Shown here: in pieces, positions 48,716 through 58,405 of the stretch | Numbering within the stretch: position 1 is the stretch's first letter | Layout: each line of letters starts with the position of its first letter | Assembly (NCBI GenBank): GCA_037444485.1 | Contig: JBBIMI010000002.1 | Location: 9,794-73,793 of the forward strand | DNA: 64,000 nucleotides | Direction of reading: 5' to 3' | Source: Candidatus Micrarchaeota archaeon | GTDB taxonomy: Archaea; Micrarchaeota; Micrarchaeia; Norongarragalinales; Norongarragalinaceae | The notes under the pieces: model-generated | The model's input: only the letters and a program-made list of their open reading frames with translations | Databases searched by the model: none | What the model was told of the DNA's origin: nothing | Translations under genes and position numbers: made by a program

Positions 48716-49135
48716 ATGGAGTACTCTGAACAACAAACGCCAGAAGAACAAACACCAGAAGAACAAACACCAGAAGAACAGACACGCGAAGCAAAAACGC
48801 ATCGCGAACCACGCGAGATGCGCGAACAACACGAACACAAGCCGCCGCGCGAGCAGCGCGCGCCAAGCGAAGAAAACACGATTTTCGTCGGAAAAAAGAA
48901 CGTCATGGCTTACGTGCTCGCAGTAGTGACGCGATTCAATTCAGGCGCGAACGAAGTGAAGATTAAGGCGCGAGGCAAAGCGATTTCGCGGGCTGTTGAC
49001 GTGAGCCAAATCGTGAAAAACCGTTTTATTTCAAGCATGCGCATTTCAGACTTTAATGTAGAAACAGAAGAAGTACAGAATGAGGACGGCTCTACGAGCA
49101 GGGTCTCTAGCTTGACGTTAACATTAGTAAAGTGA
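48716..49135 (+). CDS. albA: Chromatin protein Alba with acidic repeat N-terminal extension
   Basis: IFVGKKNVMAYVLAV, IKARGKAISRAVDV. Confidence 0.94.
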   Translation: MEYSEQQTPEEQTPEEQTPEEQTREAKTHREPREMREQHEHKPPREQRAPSEENTIFVGKKNVMAYVLAVVTRFNSGANEVKIKARGKAISRAVDVSQIVKNRFISSMRISDFNVETEEVQNEDGSTSRVSSLTLTLVK

Positions 49136-49202
49136 ACCAGATTGCGGGAAAGCGAGGAATTAAAAACCTGGTTTTATTGACAAGATTTTCGGTTGGGAGA
49201 GC

Positions 49203-49410
49203 TTGAAAAACTACGAACAATACGAGTCCCTAGTTAAGGAATTGGCTTCAGCGGGCCTCGATTACAAGGAAAGCGGCAGCTTGTGCAAGCAAGCACTTTA
49301 ATTGCTTGAACGACACCCAGAACTCAAAAAAAATTTTCCAATCAAAAAAAAGTTATAGGTAGTATCACGAGAGGTTTCCAATCGAAAACCTGCGGCATCT
49401 GAAACTCTTG
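49203..49410 (+). pseudogene. Possible degraded minimal-nucleotidyltransferase-like gene
   Basis: LKNYEQYESLVKELASAG..., in-frame TAA, then KKNFPIKK / VIGSITRG after a frameshift in an A-run. Confidence 0.3.
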
Positions 49411-49681
49411 TATAAAACGAAAGCTTCCGGCACAAACTTGAGGGCGTTAATCAAAGTAGTTGGACTCAAAGAAGGTATAAAGAAATCTTTTATTTTCCCG
49501 CGATTTCGGCCGAATTGTTGGAATTAAAACAAGAAAATTTGATTTAATTCACTCTGCAATCATGCCAATCAAAAAAAAATTGGAGGAATAAAGCAAAGAC
49601 TGAAGCTAACGTAACCGTGCTCTAAACGCACGAGACAGTGATGCGAAAGCAATTAAAGTCCGAAAAAACAAACTATTTTTC

Positions 49682-50185
49682 ATGAAAACCCCTTTGTGCA
49701 CGGCCTGCTGTGCAACAGCCACTCTCTGCGCCGGATGCGCGCAAAAGCTTGCAGGCGGAGAAATCAGTGAAGTCGACGTCGCGCTCTCCCGCTCGTTGTA
49801 CGCCCATGCGCTCGCGGGCGAGCTTGCCGACAATACTGGATTCGAGAAAACCATTATAGTCGGAGAAAGCAACCTAGTAATCGTATTAACGCAATCGCCA
49901 GCAGCGCTTATTGGAAAGAACGGACGCGTGGTTGCATCTTTATCGAAAGAAATCGGCAAACGCATTAAAGTAATTGACTCTAACGCGGCTGACGCGGAAA
50001 AAATCCGTGAACTCATTCTTCCAGCCCAACTCAAGGGCGTGAACACGCTGTTCAAACGCGAAGGCAAGGAATTCAAGGTGCGCGTTGCGCGCGCTGACGC
50101 TCAACGCCTGCCGCTCGACGCTGAAACCCTCTCCAAGGTTTTAAAGCTAGTGCTAGGCTCTAATGCAAGCATTGTTTTAGAATGA
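49682..50185 (+). CDS. NusA-like KH protein with N-terminal Zn finger
   Basis: MKTPLCTAC..LCAGC, LIGKNGRVV..LSKEIGKRIKVI. Confidence 0.85.
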   Translation: MKTPLCTACCATATLCAGCAQKLAGGEISEVDVALSRSLYAHALAGELADNTGFEKTIIVGESNLVIVLTQSPAALIGKNGRVVASLSKEIGKRIKVIDSNAADAEKIRELILPAQLKGVNTLFKREGKEFKVRVARADAQRLPLDAETLSKVLKLVLGSNASIVLE

Positions 50186-50292
50186 TTTAGAGTAAACAAA
50201 AAGTTTTATTAATGGTTTTTTATTTCGTGTGAAGCAAACGATTTTAGCGGCGAGTTTAGTGGTAAGTCCACTGGGGTATTACCGGGAAAAAA

Positions 50293-50649
50293 TTGGTGAA
50301 AGAAAAGAAAGGTTTTAGTCGAATTGGTTCTGGTTGGAAGTTGTTCGCGTTTGCCGCATTCGTGCTAGTTTTTTGTTTTAACAACGCTTGTGTTGTTAAC
50401 CCCGTTGTGTTGTTAACCTCGATAAGCTCGTCAGGCGTAAGGTTTTTTGAACCGCAGCCAATAAAAGTTTTAGTGATAGGCGAATCTTCTTCAGCCGTGG
50501 AAGCGCTGCTTACGTCAGAAGATTATAGGGTTGGTGGAATAAGTTACGTCGGCAGCCTCAATCCAGATTCTTTAACTGCACACTCGGCAGATGCATTCAA
50601 GGATTATATATTAATACTTCAAAGAGTGGGGAATTCTGTAAGGTGTTAA
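50293..50649 (+). pseudogene. Truncated paralog of the 47238-48062 protein
   Basis: IKVLVIGESSSAVEALLTSEDYRVGGISYVGSL vs IKVVVIGRASPAMEALLKAEDYRIAGITYVGSL; stops after ILILQ, just before the tRNA-Val 3' end. Confidence 0.7.
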
Positions 50650-50684
50650 ACTTTTTTTCCGGAAATTTTTTAGGGGAAAGAGAG

Positions 50685-50856
50685 TGGGCCCAAAGGGAAT
50701 CGAACCCTTGTTCTCTTGCGCGCCTTCTTTAGTGCATTTTCTTCCTTCTTCCCAAAAAAGTGCTTCGCACGTCAAGCGAACGTCTTACCTCGAGCCGCTT
50801 TTTCTTTGGTTGAGTTTTCTTTCCTAAAGAAAAGTCAGTCACTCGACTATGGGCCC
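50685..50856 (-). tRNA. tRNA-Val(GAC) with two non-canonical introns: 18/19 (50789-50839, 51 nt) and 42/43 (50716-50764, 49 nt)
   Basis: BHB helices CGAG/CTCG (bulges TG|A, AG|G) and GTGC/GCGC (bulges GA|A, AA|G); removing both gives a 72-nt cloverleaf with loop TTGACGT. Confidence 0.9.
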
Positions 50857-50888
50857 AACCATATCTTTGTAGGTAAAGGTTTTTTATC

Positions 50889-51353
50889 TTAACGCATGCG
50901 TGGTGCGCCGCGCATGCGCGCGGCGGCCCTAATTTTTTTTACTAGACTTTGCGCTTGTTTTTCGCCGAGTTTTTTGCGTAAGCGGGTTTCCTTGAAAGTG
51001 GCGTGCGTGAAAATCTCGTCGTCGAGCGAGCGTGGAAGCAAGTGGAAGTGCACGTGGTTTACTTTGAGAAAGCTTTCAGGCAGGAAAGGGCGGTAGTGTT
51101 GCCGCAAGTCCATCCCCTGTAAACCGAATGCGTGGAACAAGAGTTTTTGCGTCGCGGCAACGTCGTTAATCAGCGCCGCGCGTTCGCTGGCAGGCATTTC
51201 CATCAAGTTTTCGTAATGCTTTAACGGAATGACGAGCGAGTGGCCTCGCGCGAGCGGGTGCGCGTCCAGAATTGAAACCGAAAACCGTGTTTTTCGAAAA
51301 ACGCGGCCGCGGTCGCGCTTGCCTTCCGCGATTTCACAAAAGACGCACGGCAT
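50889..51353 (-). CDS. HIT family hydrolase
   Basis: CVFC, GHSLVIP, HVHFHLLPR. Confidence 0.93.
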   Translation of the reverse strand: MPCVFCEIAEGKRDRGRVFRKTRFSVSILDAHPLARGHSLVIPLKHYENLMEMPASERAALINDVAATQKLLFHAFGLQGMDLRQHYRPFLPESFLKVNHVHFHLLPRSLDDEIFTHATFKETRLRKKLGEKQAQSLVKKIRAAARMRGAPRMR

Positions 51354-51370
51354 GCCAACCACTTTCGAGT

Positions 51371-51943
51371 CTAAATCATTCCAACGAACTTGTAGCCTAA
51401 CGACCCACCGATTAATTCGCTGTAGCCTCTAGGCTCAAAGTCTTTTTCGCTTAACCCAAGCGTCTTCATGAAGACGTAGGTTTTTTCTCTTAGTTTCTTC
51501 GATTCTTTGCCATCGAGTTCCTTGCGGAATTCCAGTGCTACTTCGATGAAGCACTCCAAGCCTTTAACGTCATCCAAGCAAACTTCGAACTCGCCAGCGC
51601 GGTACTTGCTTCTTTTTTTCATTATTTCGAATGCTTTTGCGAGCCCGACGCCCTCCAAAATTTTTTTAACCGCTTCCGCATCTTCGACGCGCGATTCGTA
51701 TTCCTTCCAAGCGCCCGTAGTCTCGGTAAGTTCTTTATAGCCAAGGTAATTCTCGCTTCCTTGTTTTCTTACCCGCACAAGAAAATCTTCAGGCCCGCGC
51801 GTCTTGCGCTCCGGCTCGCGGTAATAGTAATCGTCGCGTTGAACGACTTCTTCAACCAAACGGGCTTTCAGCTTGACGAGTTTTTCTTTGACTGCATTCA
51901 AACCTGCGGCGCCTGCGACCTTGGCTTTGGCTTCAACTTCCAA
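51371..51943 (-). CDS. cyaB: CYTH/class IV adenylate cyclase-like triphosphate tunnel metalloenzyme
   Basis: EVEAKA, QRDDYY, VRVR, EYE, KKR, CLDDVKGL..FIEV. Confidence 0.88.
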   Translation of the reverse strand: MEVEAKAKVAGAAGLNAVKEKLVKLKARLVEEVVQRDDYYYREPERKTRGPEDFLVRVRKQGSENYLGYKELTETTGAWKEYESRVEDAEAVKKILEGVGLAKAFEIMKKRSKYRAGEFEVCLDDVKGLECFIEVALEFRKELDGKESKKLREKTYVFMKTLGLSEKDFEPRGYSELIGGSLGYKFVGMI

Positions 51944-51970
51944 TTTGATTTCCACCGTAAAGCATTAGAG

Positions 51971-52042
51971 TGGACCCGGCGGGAATTGCACCCGCGGCTT
52001 CCACAATGCCAATGTGGCGATCTGCTACTGATCTACGGGCCC
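51971..52042 (-). tRNA. tRNA-Ala(GGC)
   Basis: GGGCCCG/CGGGTCC-A with G3:U70; anticodon loop TTGGCAT. Confidence 0.94.
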
Positions 52043-52428
52043 GCATCATAAATTCTGCCAAAACACATATATAGAGTTTACCGAAGAGTTCGTAAAAAAG
52101 ACTCGCTAATAAAGCGTATGCGAAATTGGGCGCGTTGCCAGACCGATTTATTGGCTTGACAATCTTCAAAAATTTGCTTACAGAATTGCTGCGCAGGCGA
52201 ACAGAGTAATACGTGCTTCAGGAAGCAAGTTTTGGTTTGCCGCGAGTTGAATTACAATCGAACGAGTATAAGATCTTCTGGATTTGCGTAGCAACCTGGG
52301 GAAATAGTGTTGAAAGTCGTGCGTAACGTAGTTCTATCGAAACGAGCATTCCATTTGTTTTCAACAAACCTCGTAGAAAGCCCGCGCGGAAGAAAGCCGA
52401 GTAATTGTGTTTAGGCGGATGCATGGTT

Positions 52429-52656
52429 TCAAACGGATGGCGAGACGAACACTACGGTGTCCCCGCGGAGCAAAACCGTTCCGAGCTTGCGCTTGAGTTC
52501 CCCGTTCTTCAACTCTTCCCCGTTTTCGATGACTAGATTCATGTGAACGTCGAAACTCGCGAGCGTGCCGCGCACTTCAACGTCGCCCTTGAGTTTGACG
52601 AGCACGTTGTTGTTTAAAGCGTTATTCAAAACGTCGAATGGTCTCTTTTCAGCCAA
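52429..52656 (-). CDS. Sm-like archaeal protein (SmAP1/Lsm)
   Basis: [32 protein letters not shown]. Confidence 0.95.
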   Translation of the reverse strand: MAEKRPFDVLNNALNNNVLVKLKGDVEVRGTLASFDVHMNLVIENGEELKNGELKRKLGTVLLRGDTVVFVSPSV

Positions 52657-52727
52657 CTTGCTTCCACCCCTGTTTAAAAAAATTCGGATTCAACGCCTGA
52701 TTCGATGAACAGATGAATTTTTAAAAA

Positions 52728-53507
52728 TTATTTTCTTCCAAAGAGCCGCGCGAAGAACCCCTTAATTCTTTGAAACAAACCAGTTTTAATCTTTTCCTCC
52801 GCAAGCTGTTCTTGCGCGATTTCGCTTGCAAGCTTACGCAACGCACGCATGAACGGCGTGCGCGGAACGCGAATCGCGGCAGGCACTTGCAGCAAGGTAG
52901 ACCTCCGTACTTCCGGGTCTTCCGGGAGGGAAGCGAGAACCGGAATTCCCAAGACCGACTCTAAGTCGCTCGCGCGCAATTCAGTCTTGTCGCCGGTCAC
53001 GCGGTTGATTATTATTCCGGAGACTTTCACTCCATTTCTCTCCGCAAAACGCTTGACTTTCAGCGAGTCGATTACTGACGCTGGGTCCGGGGTTACTACG
53101 AGCAGTAGTTCGCGAGCGCTCGCAATCGCTGCTTGCGCTTCATCCCGCAATCCAGGCGGGCAGTCAACAAAAATAAAATCGTGTGACAACTCTAGCTTGC
53201 TGACTGCTGCACGCAAGCGCGTGAAGTCGAGTTCCTTGCCTTCCTCCTGCAGCGCGGATGGGACGTAGTAAAGCTTGTTCGGGCCTTCGTAAACAGCATC
53301 GCTCACGTCGTTCTCGGCAGCGAGAACATTGTGAAGCGTGATGGGATTCAACTCGATTCCCAACAGCACGCTGATTGCAGCCATATCCAAATCCGCGTCA
53401 ACGACTACAACCTTCTTTCCAGCCTGAGCTAGAATCAACCCGAGATTAAGCGCAATGCTGCTTTTACCCACGCCGCCCTTGCCAGAAGCGAAAACAATGC
53501 TCCTCAA
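52728..53507 (-). CDS. minD: Archaeal MinD-like ATPase
   Basis: SGKGGVGKS, VDADL, DCPPG, VTPD. Confidence 0.9.
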   Translation of the reverse strand: MRSIVFASGKGGVGKSSIALNLGLILAQAGKKVVVVDADLDMAAISVLLGIELNPITLHNVLAAENDVSDAVYEGPNKLYYVPSALQEEGKELDFTRLRAAVSKLELSHDFIFVDCPPGLRDEAQAAIASARELLLVVTPDPASVIDSLKVKRFAERNGVKVSGIIINRVTGDKTELRASDLESVLGIPVLASLPEDPEVRRSTLLQVPAAIRVPRTPFMRALRKLASEIAQEQLAEEKIKTGLFQRIKGFFARLFGRK

Positions 53508-53544
53508 AACCTTGAAAACACCTTTTCTCGAAAAAAAATCCAGT

Positions 53545-54024
53545 TCAAAATCCTTTTAGTTTGAATCTCTTGAAAAACTCTTTCTTTTTTTCTGTCCCAC
53601 TCGTCTTTTCGCCAGCGACTTCCTGCTCGAAAAAAGGCGAGAATTCCTTCGGCTTCACTAAATCTTTTCCTGAAACCGAGTAAAGCAACTCGTGATTTAA
53701 AGCAAGAATTCCGTGAATGTCATCCGGCTTCAACTCGAAAACGTCTATTACTCCTGACTTCGCGGCCAACGCGTTGATGAAACGCTGGAATGCGTTCTTG
53801 CCGAAAAACTGTTTTTCGAACGCGAGGTACTCGTAACCGCAACCAACGATTTTCCCGCTGTCAAGCAACAAGACACCTTCTTCAAAACCGTTCGCGCTGC
53901 GAATAGTCAAGCAAATGTAGCCGCAAAACTTTTTCGCGCCCAACTCTTTATCCACCAGCTGCCGTAAATCAACTTGAGTCAAGTCGACAAGCGTTTTTAT
54001 TGGGGTTCCAGCAACCAACTTCAT
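53545..54024 (-). CDS. DUF2226-like protein
   Basis: FCGYICLT...EEGVLLLDSGKIVG; adjacent to minD. Confidence 0.7.
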   Translation of the reverse strand: MKLVAGTPIKTLVDLTQVDLRQLVDKELGAKKFCGYICLTIRSANGFEEGVLLLDSGKIVGCGYEYLAFEKQFFGKNAFQRFINALAAKSGVIDVFELKPDDIHGILALNHELLYSVSGKDLVKPKEFSPFFEQEVAGEKTSGTEKKKEFFKRFKLKGF

Positions 54025-54078
54025 TCAATCATCACTAACTTCATTCAATCATCACTTTCTAACACGCTACTTTTTCTA

Positions 54079-54543
54079 TCACTCGCGCAAGTCGATCACT
54101 ACGTCGGCGCTGTTGCGCAACGCAGTACTGAAATCTGGTTCGAGCCCTACGACGATTGTTTCCTTGCCTTGTTCTTTTGCTTTCGCGAGAAGCGGTTTAA
54201 AGTCCGAATCCCGTGATACTACTGCAATCACGTCAATCTTGTCGCTGTAAATAAACTGCGCTGCATCCACCGCCAGCGCGACGTCCACGTCGCTCGGCAC
54301 GATTACTACGTCAAAACCTTGATTCGTAACTGCTTCTATTAGCTTGTCTGAAGCGAATTGGTCGAGAAAAACGCGCGCGACCTTCAAAGAACCGTGCTTC
54401 TGCAGCTTCTTCTTCACTTTGTCGAGATCCACGCCGAGGTCCTTGCGTAGAATGTTCGGCCCATCGACAAAGCAAGCTATCGTCTTCGATTCTCCCTTGC
54501 GTGGAATCAAGCTCTTGAGCTTCTCAAAAACTTTTGCAGGCAC
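54079..54543 (-). CDS. NYN domain (LabA/DUF88, TIGR00288-like) protein
   Basis: FVDGPNILRK, DVDV, SRDSDF, ALRNSAD. Confidence 0.92.
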   Translation of the reverse strand: MPAKVFEKLKSLIPRKGESKTIACFVDGPNILRKDLGVDLDKVKKKLQKHGSLKVARVFLDQFASDKLIEAVTNQGFDVVIVPSDVDVALAVDAAQFIYSDKIDVIAVVSRDSDFKPLLAKAKEQGKETIVVGLEPDFSTALRNSADVVIDLRE

Positions 54544-54658
54544 GCTACCAGACCACCACCGCGCTTGAAAAAAACTAAAAACCTAAACTAAAGCCCGTTA
54601 AATTAAAACCTTAAACTAAAAAAACTTGGCTTTAAAAAACTTGAAAAAAACTTGAAAC

Positions 54659-55432
54659 TTAAAACCCGAAAATCTTTTCTATGTTTTCACGGATTTTTGC
54701 TTCTACCTCGCTTAACTCCACGCCTTTCGTCTCGCTTATTTTCTCGTAAACACTCTTCACGTTGGCTGGCTCGTTGCGCGCGCTTTTCCCGTTTACATCT
54801 TTCCACAAGAAAGGCGAGTCGGTTTCGCATAATAGCCTGTCCAACGGAGTTTTTTCGATTACTGTTAATGCATCACGGCTTTTAAGCGTTGGCACCGACA
54901 CGAAGCAACCAGCATCGAGAGCAGCCTCAAGGAAGCGTGGCGCACGAAAACAATGCAGGATTTTTTTGCACGTGCGTTTTGCTAAGACTTTGATTACTTC
55001 CGCCTCCGCGTCGCGCGAGTGCGCTTCGACTGGCAGCTCGCGGTCTTCAGCGAAATTCAAAAGTGCTTCGAAAACGCGTAGTTGCGCTTGTCGTTGTGCG
55101 TCGCTTTTGAAGTAATGCCAGTCTAAACCGATTTCGCCGACGCCCACGATTTCGTCAACGTGTTTTTCGAGAAAAGCGGCTTCAGCTTCAAGCGCGGCGT
55201 CGTCGTGCTCGAGGTTGACTGCTTCGAACGGGCTCACACCGAGAACGACTTTGAAGAATGCTTCCCTCCCGACGCGCATTCCGAGGATGCGTTCGTTTGA
55301 CTCGCGGCTGCCGCCAGCGTTTACCACCGCTTCAAGCCCGGCTCGCCGCGCGCGTTCGAGCACTTGCAGAAAATCTTTCGCGAAGTCAGGGTGGTCGAGG
55401 TGACAGTGCGCGTCTACGAGATTGTTAATCAA
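54659..55432 (-). CDS. tatD: TatD family deoxyribonuclease
   Basis: DAHCHL, GEIGLD, HSR, HCF, ETDSP. Confidence 0.93.
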   Translation of the reverse strand: MINNLVDAHCHLDHPDFAKDFLQVLERARRAGLEAVVNAGGSRESNERILGMRVGREAFFKVVLGVSPFEAVNLEHDDAALEAEAAFLEKHVDEIVGVGEIGLDWHYFKSDAQRQAQLRVFEALLNFAEDRELPVEAHSRDAEAEVIKVLAKRTCKKILHCFRAPRFLEAALDAGCFVSVPTLKSRDALTVIEKTPLDRLLCETDSPFLWKDVNGKSARNEPANVKSVYEKISETKGVELSEVEAKIRENIEKIFGF

Positions 55433-55644
55433 AATAAACCACTCATAAAACGGAAGACAATAAAAAAAGGGGAAAAGCAATAAAAATGCTGTCGTTGGCT
55501 CTCGCGCTGAGCAGGAAAAAGGCAAACACTTAAATAATTTATTTTAGTAAAACGAGTAACGTTTTAAGCAACGTGTTTTTTAAGCAACGCCTCAAATAGT
55601 TTCTTAGTGTCTTAACGCTTTCTCCCAAAAGAAAGGTGGTTTTG

Positions 55645-56046
55645 TTGACTGAAAAAGTTTTCGGTTCAATGAACGACTTGAAAATCGGGAAGTACGTTGT
55701 AATTGATGGTGTTCCATGCCGAGTTGTCGGCATCGATAAGAGCAAGCCAGGCAAGCACGGAGCAGCCAAAATGCGGGTTGAAGCAATTGGTTTGTTCGAC
55801 AACACGAAGCACACGCTAATGAAGCCCAGCGATGCGGACGTCGAGATTCCGATTGTCGAACGCAAGCGAGCGCAGGTTGTAAGCACTGTTGGAACAAGCG
55901 CTCAATTAATGGATTTGGAGAGTTTTGAAACGTTTGAAGTGGAAGTGCCCGAAGAAATGCGTGGGGAAGTTTCTGCTGGACGCGAAATCCAGTACATGCA
56001 AGTCATGGGCAAACGCCTGCTTTTGCGCGTAACGAGTGGAGAATGA
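55645..56046 (+). CDS. eif5a: Translation factor aIF-5A
   Basis: Hypusine loop SKPGKHGAAK. Confidence 0.96.
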   Translation: MTEKVFGSMNDLKIGKYVVIDGVPCRVVGIDKSKPGKHGAAKMRVEAIGLFDNTKHTLMKPSDADVEIPIVERKRAQVVSTVGTSAQLMDLESFETFEVEVPEEMRGEVSAGREIQYMQVMGKRLLLRVTSGE

Positions 56047-56238
56047 CTTTTTTTCTTTCTTTTTCTTCATTTTTCTTTTTTTTCTTTTCGCAATTTTTTT
56101 CGCAACCCCCCTTGCTTCCATTATTTCGCTTCTTTTAATAAGCCTCATTGGTTTTAAAACCAGTTGCAAACAAAAAATTATTTGGTTGTTGCTTGAAATT
56201 CAGTAAAACGTTTTCTTTATTCGCGGTGGTGGGGTGTT

Positions 56239-58323
56239 TTGGAGGACTTAGTTTCTTCCTTCAAAAACTTTTTCGCGAGCGACGAAATGCGCGACTACTT
56301 GCAGGAATGCGTTTCGCAGTATCCTGAAAAGAAAAGCGTTGAAGTCGATTACAGCGACTTACAGAAGTACAGCCCTAAAATCGCTGACTTGCTGCTTTCA
56401 AACCCTGACGATGTCGTGCGCGATGCTGAAAGCGCAGTTGAAGCGGTCGCGCAGACTCTGCCGAACCCGCCTGAAAAAGAAAAAAAGTTTTCGCCCCACG
56501 TTCGGTTCTACAACTTTCCGCCGGTTCGCGGCGTCGAAGTTGAAGTCCAACAGTTAGGGGTAGAACAATTAAATAAACTCTCGCGCGTGGAAGGCGTAGT
56601 CAACTGGATTACCGTAATCAAGCCGTTAATGAAAACCGCTTTATGGGAATGCGTTCACTGTGGACTAACCACTAAAACAAAGAGTGAAAAAAACGTCGTC
56701 AAGCCACCAGCATTATGTTCGTGCGGGCGGAAAGACTCTTTCAAGCTAGTTGCGGAAAGCAGCGAGTTCAACAACTTGCAGCGCGGCGAACTACAGGACC
56801 CAGTCGAAAAACTCCGGGGAAGCACTCCCGCGTCCAGCGTCGAATTGTGGCTGGAAGACGATTTAGTGAACAAAATCACTCCAGGCGAACGCGTCATCGT
56901 GACTGGCGTCCTTCGCCTAAAGCCAGAACGCGACAGGAGTGGAAAGGCAAGCAGCGTTTACGCAAAATTCTTCGACGTGATGCACGTTCAAAAAAGCGAG
57001 CGCGAGTTTGAAGAACTCACCGTCACGAAGGAAGAAGAAGAAAAAATAATTGCTTTATCGAAAGACCCCAAGCTCTTTGAACTGCTTACTCAAAGCATCG
57101 CGCCAAGCATTTACGGTTACAACGAGTTAAAGCAAGCGATCGCGTTGCAGTTGTTCGGCGGGACGCCAGGCAAAGTGCAACCTGACGGCGAAAAAATCCG
57201 CAGCGATTTACACATTTTGCTCGTTGGAGACCCAGGCACGGCAAAGAGCAGCATTCTAGAGTATGTTAACTTAATCGCGCCCAAAAGCGTTCTCGTCAGC
57301 GGGGGAAGCGCCAGCGGGGTGGGTTTGACTGCAGCAGCAGAACGCGACAAGGAAGGCGAAGGCTGGATTCTCAAGGCAGGCGCACTGGTACTCGCTAACG
57401 GGGGAGTCGCAATCATCGACGAATTCGATAAAATGAGTGAAGAAGACCGTGGCGCGATGCATCAAGGCATGGAACAACAACTCATCAGCATCGCGAAGGC
57501 AGGCATCGTTACGCAGTTTCCGTCCCGCACCGCAGTTCTCGCTGCAGCTAATCCAAAATTCGGGCGCTTCGACCTAACGCAGCCACCCTCTCAACAATTC
57601 GATATTTCCCCAGCGTTAATGTCGCGCTTCGACTTGATTTTCGCCATTCGCGACGTTCTTGACGAAACGCGTGACAGGAAAATGGCTGACCACATTCTCT
57701 TAGGACACAAGGTTGCTTCAGACAAGAAGGCGGCGGAAGCACTGCCGCGCGACTCACCCATTCTGCCTGCAATCGAGCAAGGTTTTTTGCAGAAGTACAT
57801 TGCTTACGCTCGCAAAAACGTTTTTCCTGTACTCACCGACGAGGCGAGCGAAAAAATCAAGGATTTTTACGTCAGCTTGCGCAAGATGGGCGCGAAACAA
57901 AACACTTTCCCGATTACTGCAAGGCAAATCGAAAGCATCATTCGCCTCGCGGAAGCGAGCGCGAAAGCGCGTTTAAGCCAACGCGTTGAAGCGCAGGATG
58001 CAGACCGCGCGATTACGCTTGTAAACCACGTTTTAAACGAGGTTTTCGTGGACAGGGAAACCGGGAAAATAGACAGCGACGTTATTTACGTCGGCCAACC
58101 GAAGAGTAAAGTGGACAAACTGCGGATGATGCTTGAAGTCATTTCTTCGCTTGAAAAGAAACTCGACTTGGTTCCAATAGAAGACGTCGTCAAGGAAGCG
58201 AATTCTGTTGGAATCGACGAGCATTACGCGCGGCAGTTGATTGAAATACTTCAACGGCAGGGCGACTTGTACCAGCCGAAAACCGGATTCATCAAAAGCG
58301 CTCACAAGCGCGAGTGGGGTTGA
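56239..58323 (+). CDS. mcm: Replicative helicase MCM
   Basis: Zn finger CVHC..CSC, GDPGTAKS, IDEFDKM, AAANP, SRFD; no intein. Confidence 0.97.
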   Translation: MEDLVSSFKNFFASDEMRDYLQECVSQYPEKKSVEVDYSDLQKYSPKIADLLLSNPDDVVRDAESAVEAVAQTLPNPPEKEKKFSPHVRFYNFPPVRGVEVEVQQLGVEQLNKLSRVEGVVNWITVIKPLMKTALWECVHCGLTTKTKSEKNVVKPPALCSCGRKDSFKLVAESSEFNNLQRGELQDPVEKLRGSTPASSVELWLEDDLVNKITPGERVIVTGVLRLKPERDRSGKASSVYAKFFDVMHVQKSEREFEELTVTKEEEEKIIALSKDPKLFELLTQSIAPSIYGYNELKQAIALQLFGGTPGKVQPDGEKIRSDLHILLVGDPGTAKSSILEYVNLIAPKSVLVSGGSASGVGLTAAAERDKEGEGWILKAGALVLANGGVAIIDEFDKMSEEDRGAMHQGMEQQLISIAKAGIVTQFPSRTAVLAAANPKFGRFDLTQPPSQQFDISPALMSRFDLIFAIRDVLDETRDRKMADHILLGHKVASDKKAAEALPRDSPILPAIEQGFLQKYIAYARKNVFPVLTDEASEKIKDFYVSLRKMGAKQNTFPITARQIESIIRLAEASAKARLSQRVEAQDADRAITLVNHVLNEVFVDRETGKIDSDVIYVGQPKSKVDKLRMMLEVISSLEKKLDLVPIEDVVKEANSVGIDEHYARQLIEILQRQGDLYQPKTGFIKSAHKREWG

Positions 58324-58405
58324 AAAAAAGAAAAAAATAGTTTTAACTCGGCTTTAGTCCACTGGTTTTAGTGTTTTCTAGTTTTAGCGCCTTCAATGCA
58401 GCGTT

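Noticed and set aside
51971..52042. tRNA-Gly(GCC) reading
   Set aside because: The 7-nt loop TTGGCAT centres on GGC, and G3:U70 marks Ala
56239..58323. Inteins in MCM (also checked Hel308 and EF2)
   Set aside because: Lengths and motif spacing are normal
50266..58365. gtccactgg motifs as ORB boxes
   Set aside because: Two short isolated partial matches, not clustered and with no cdc6 nearby
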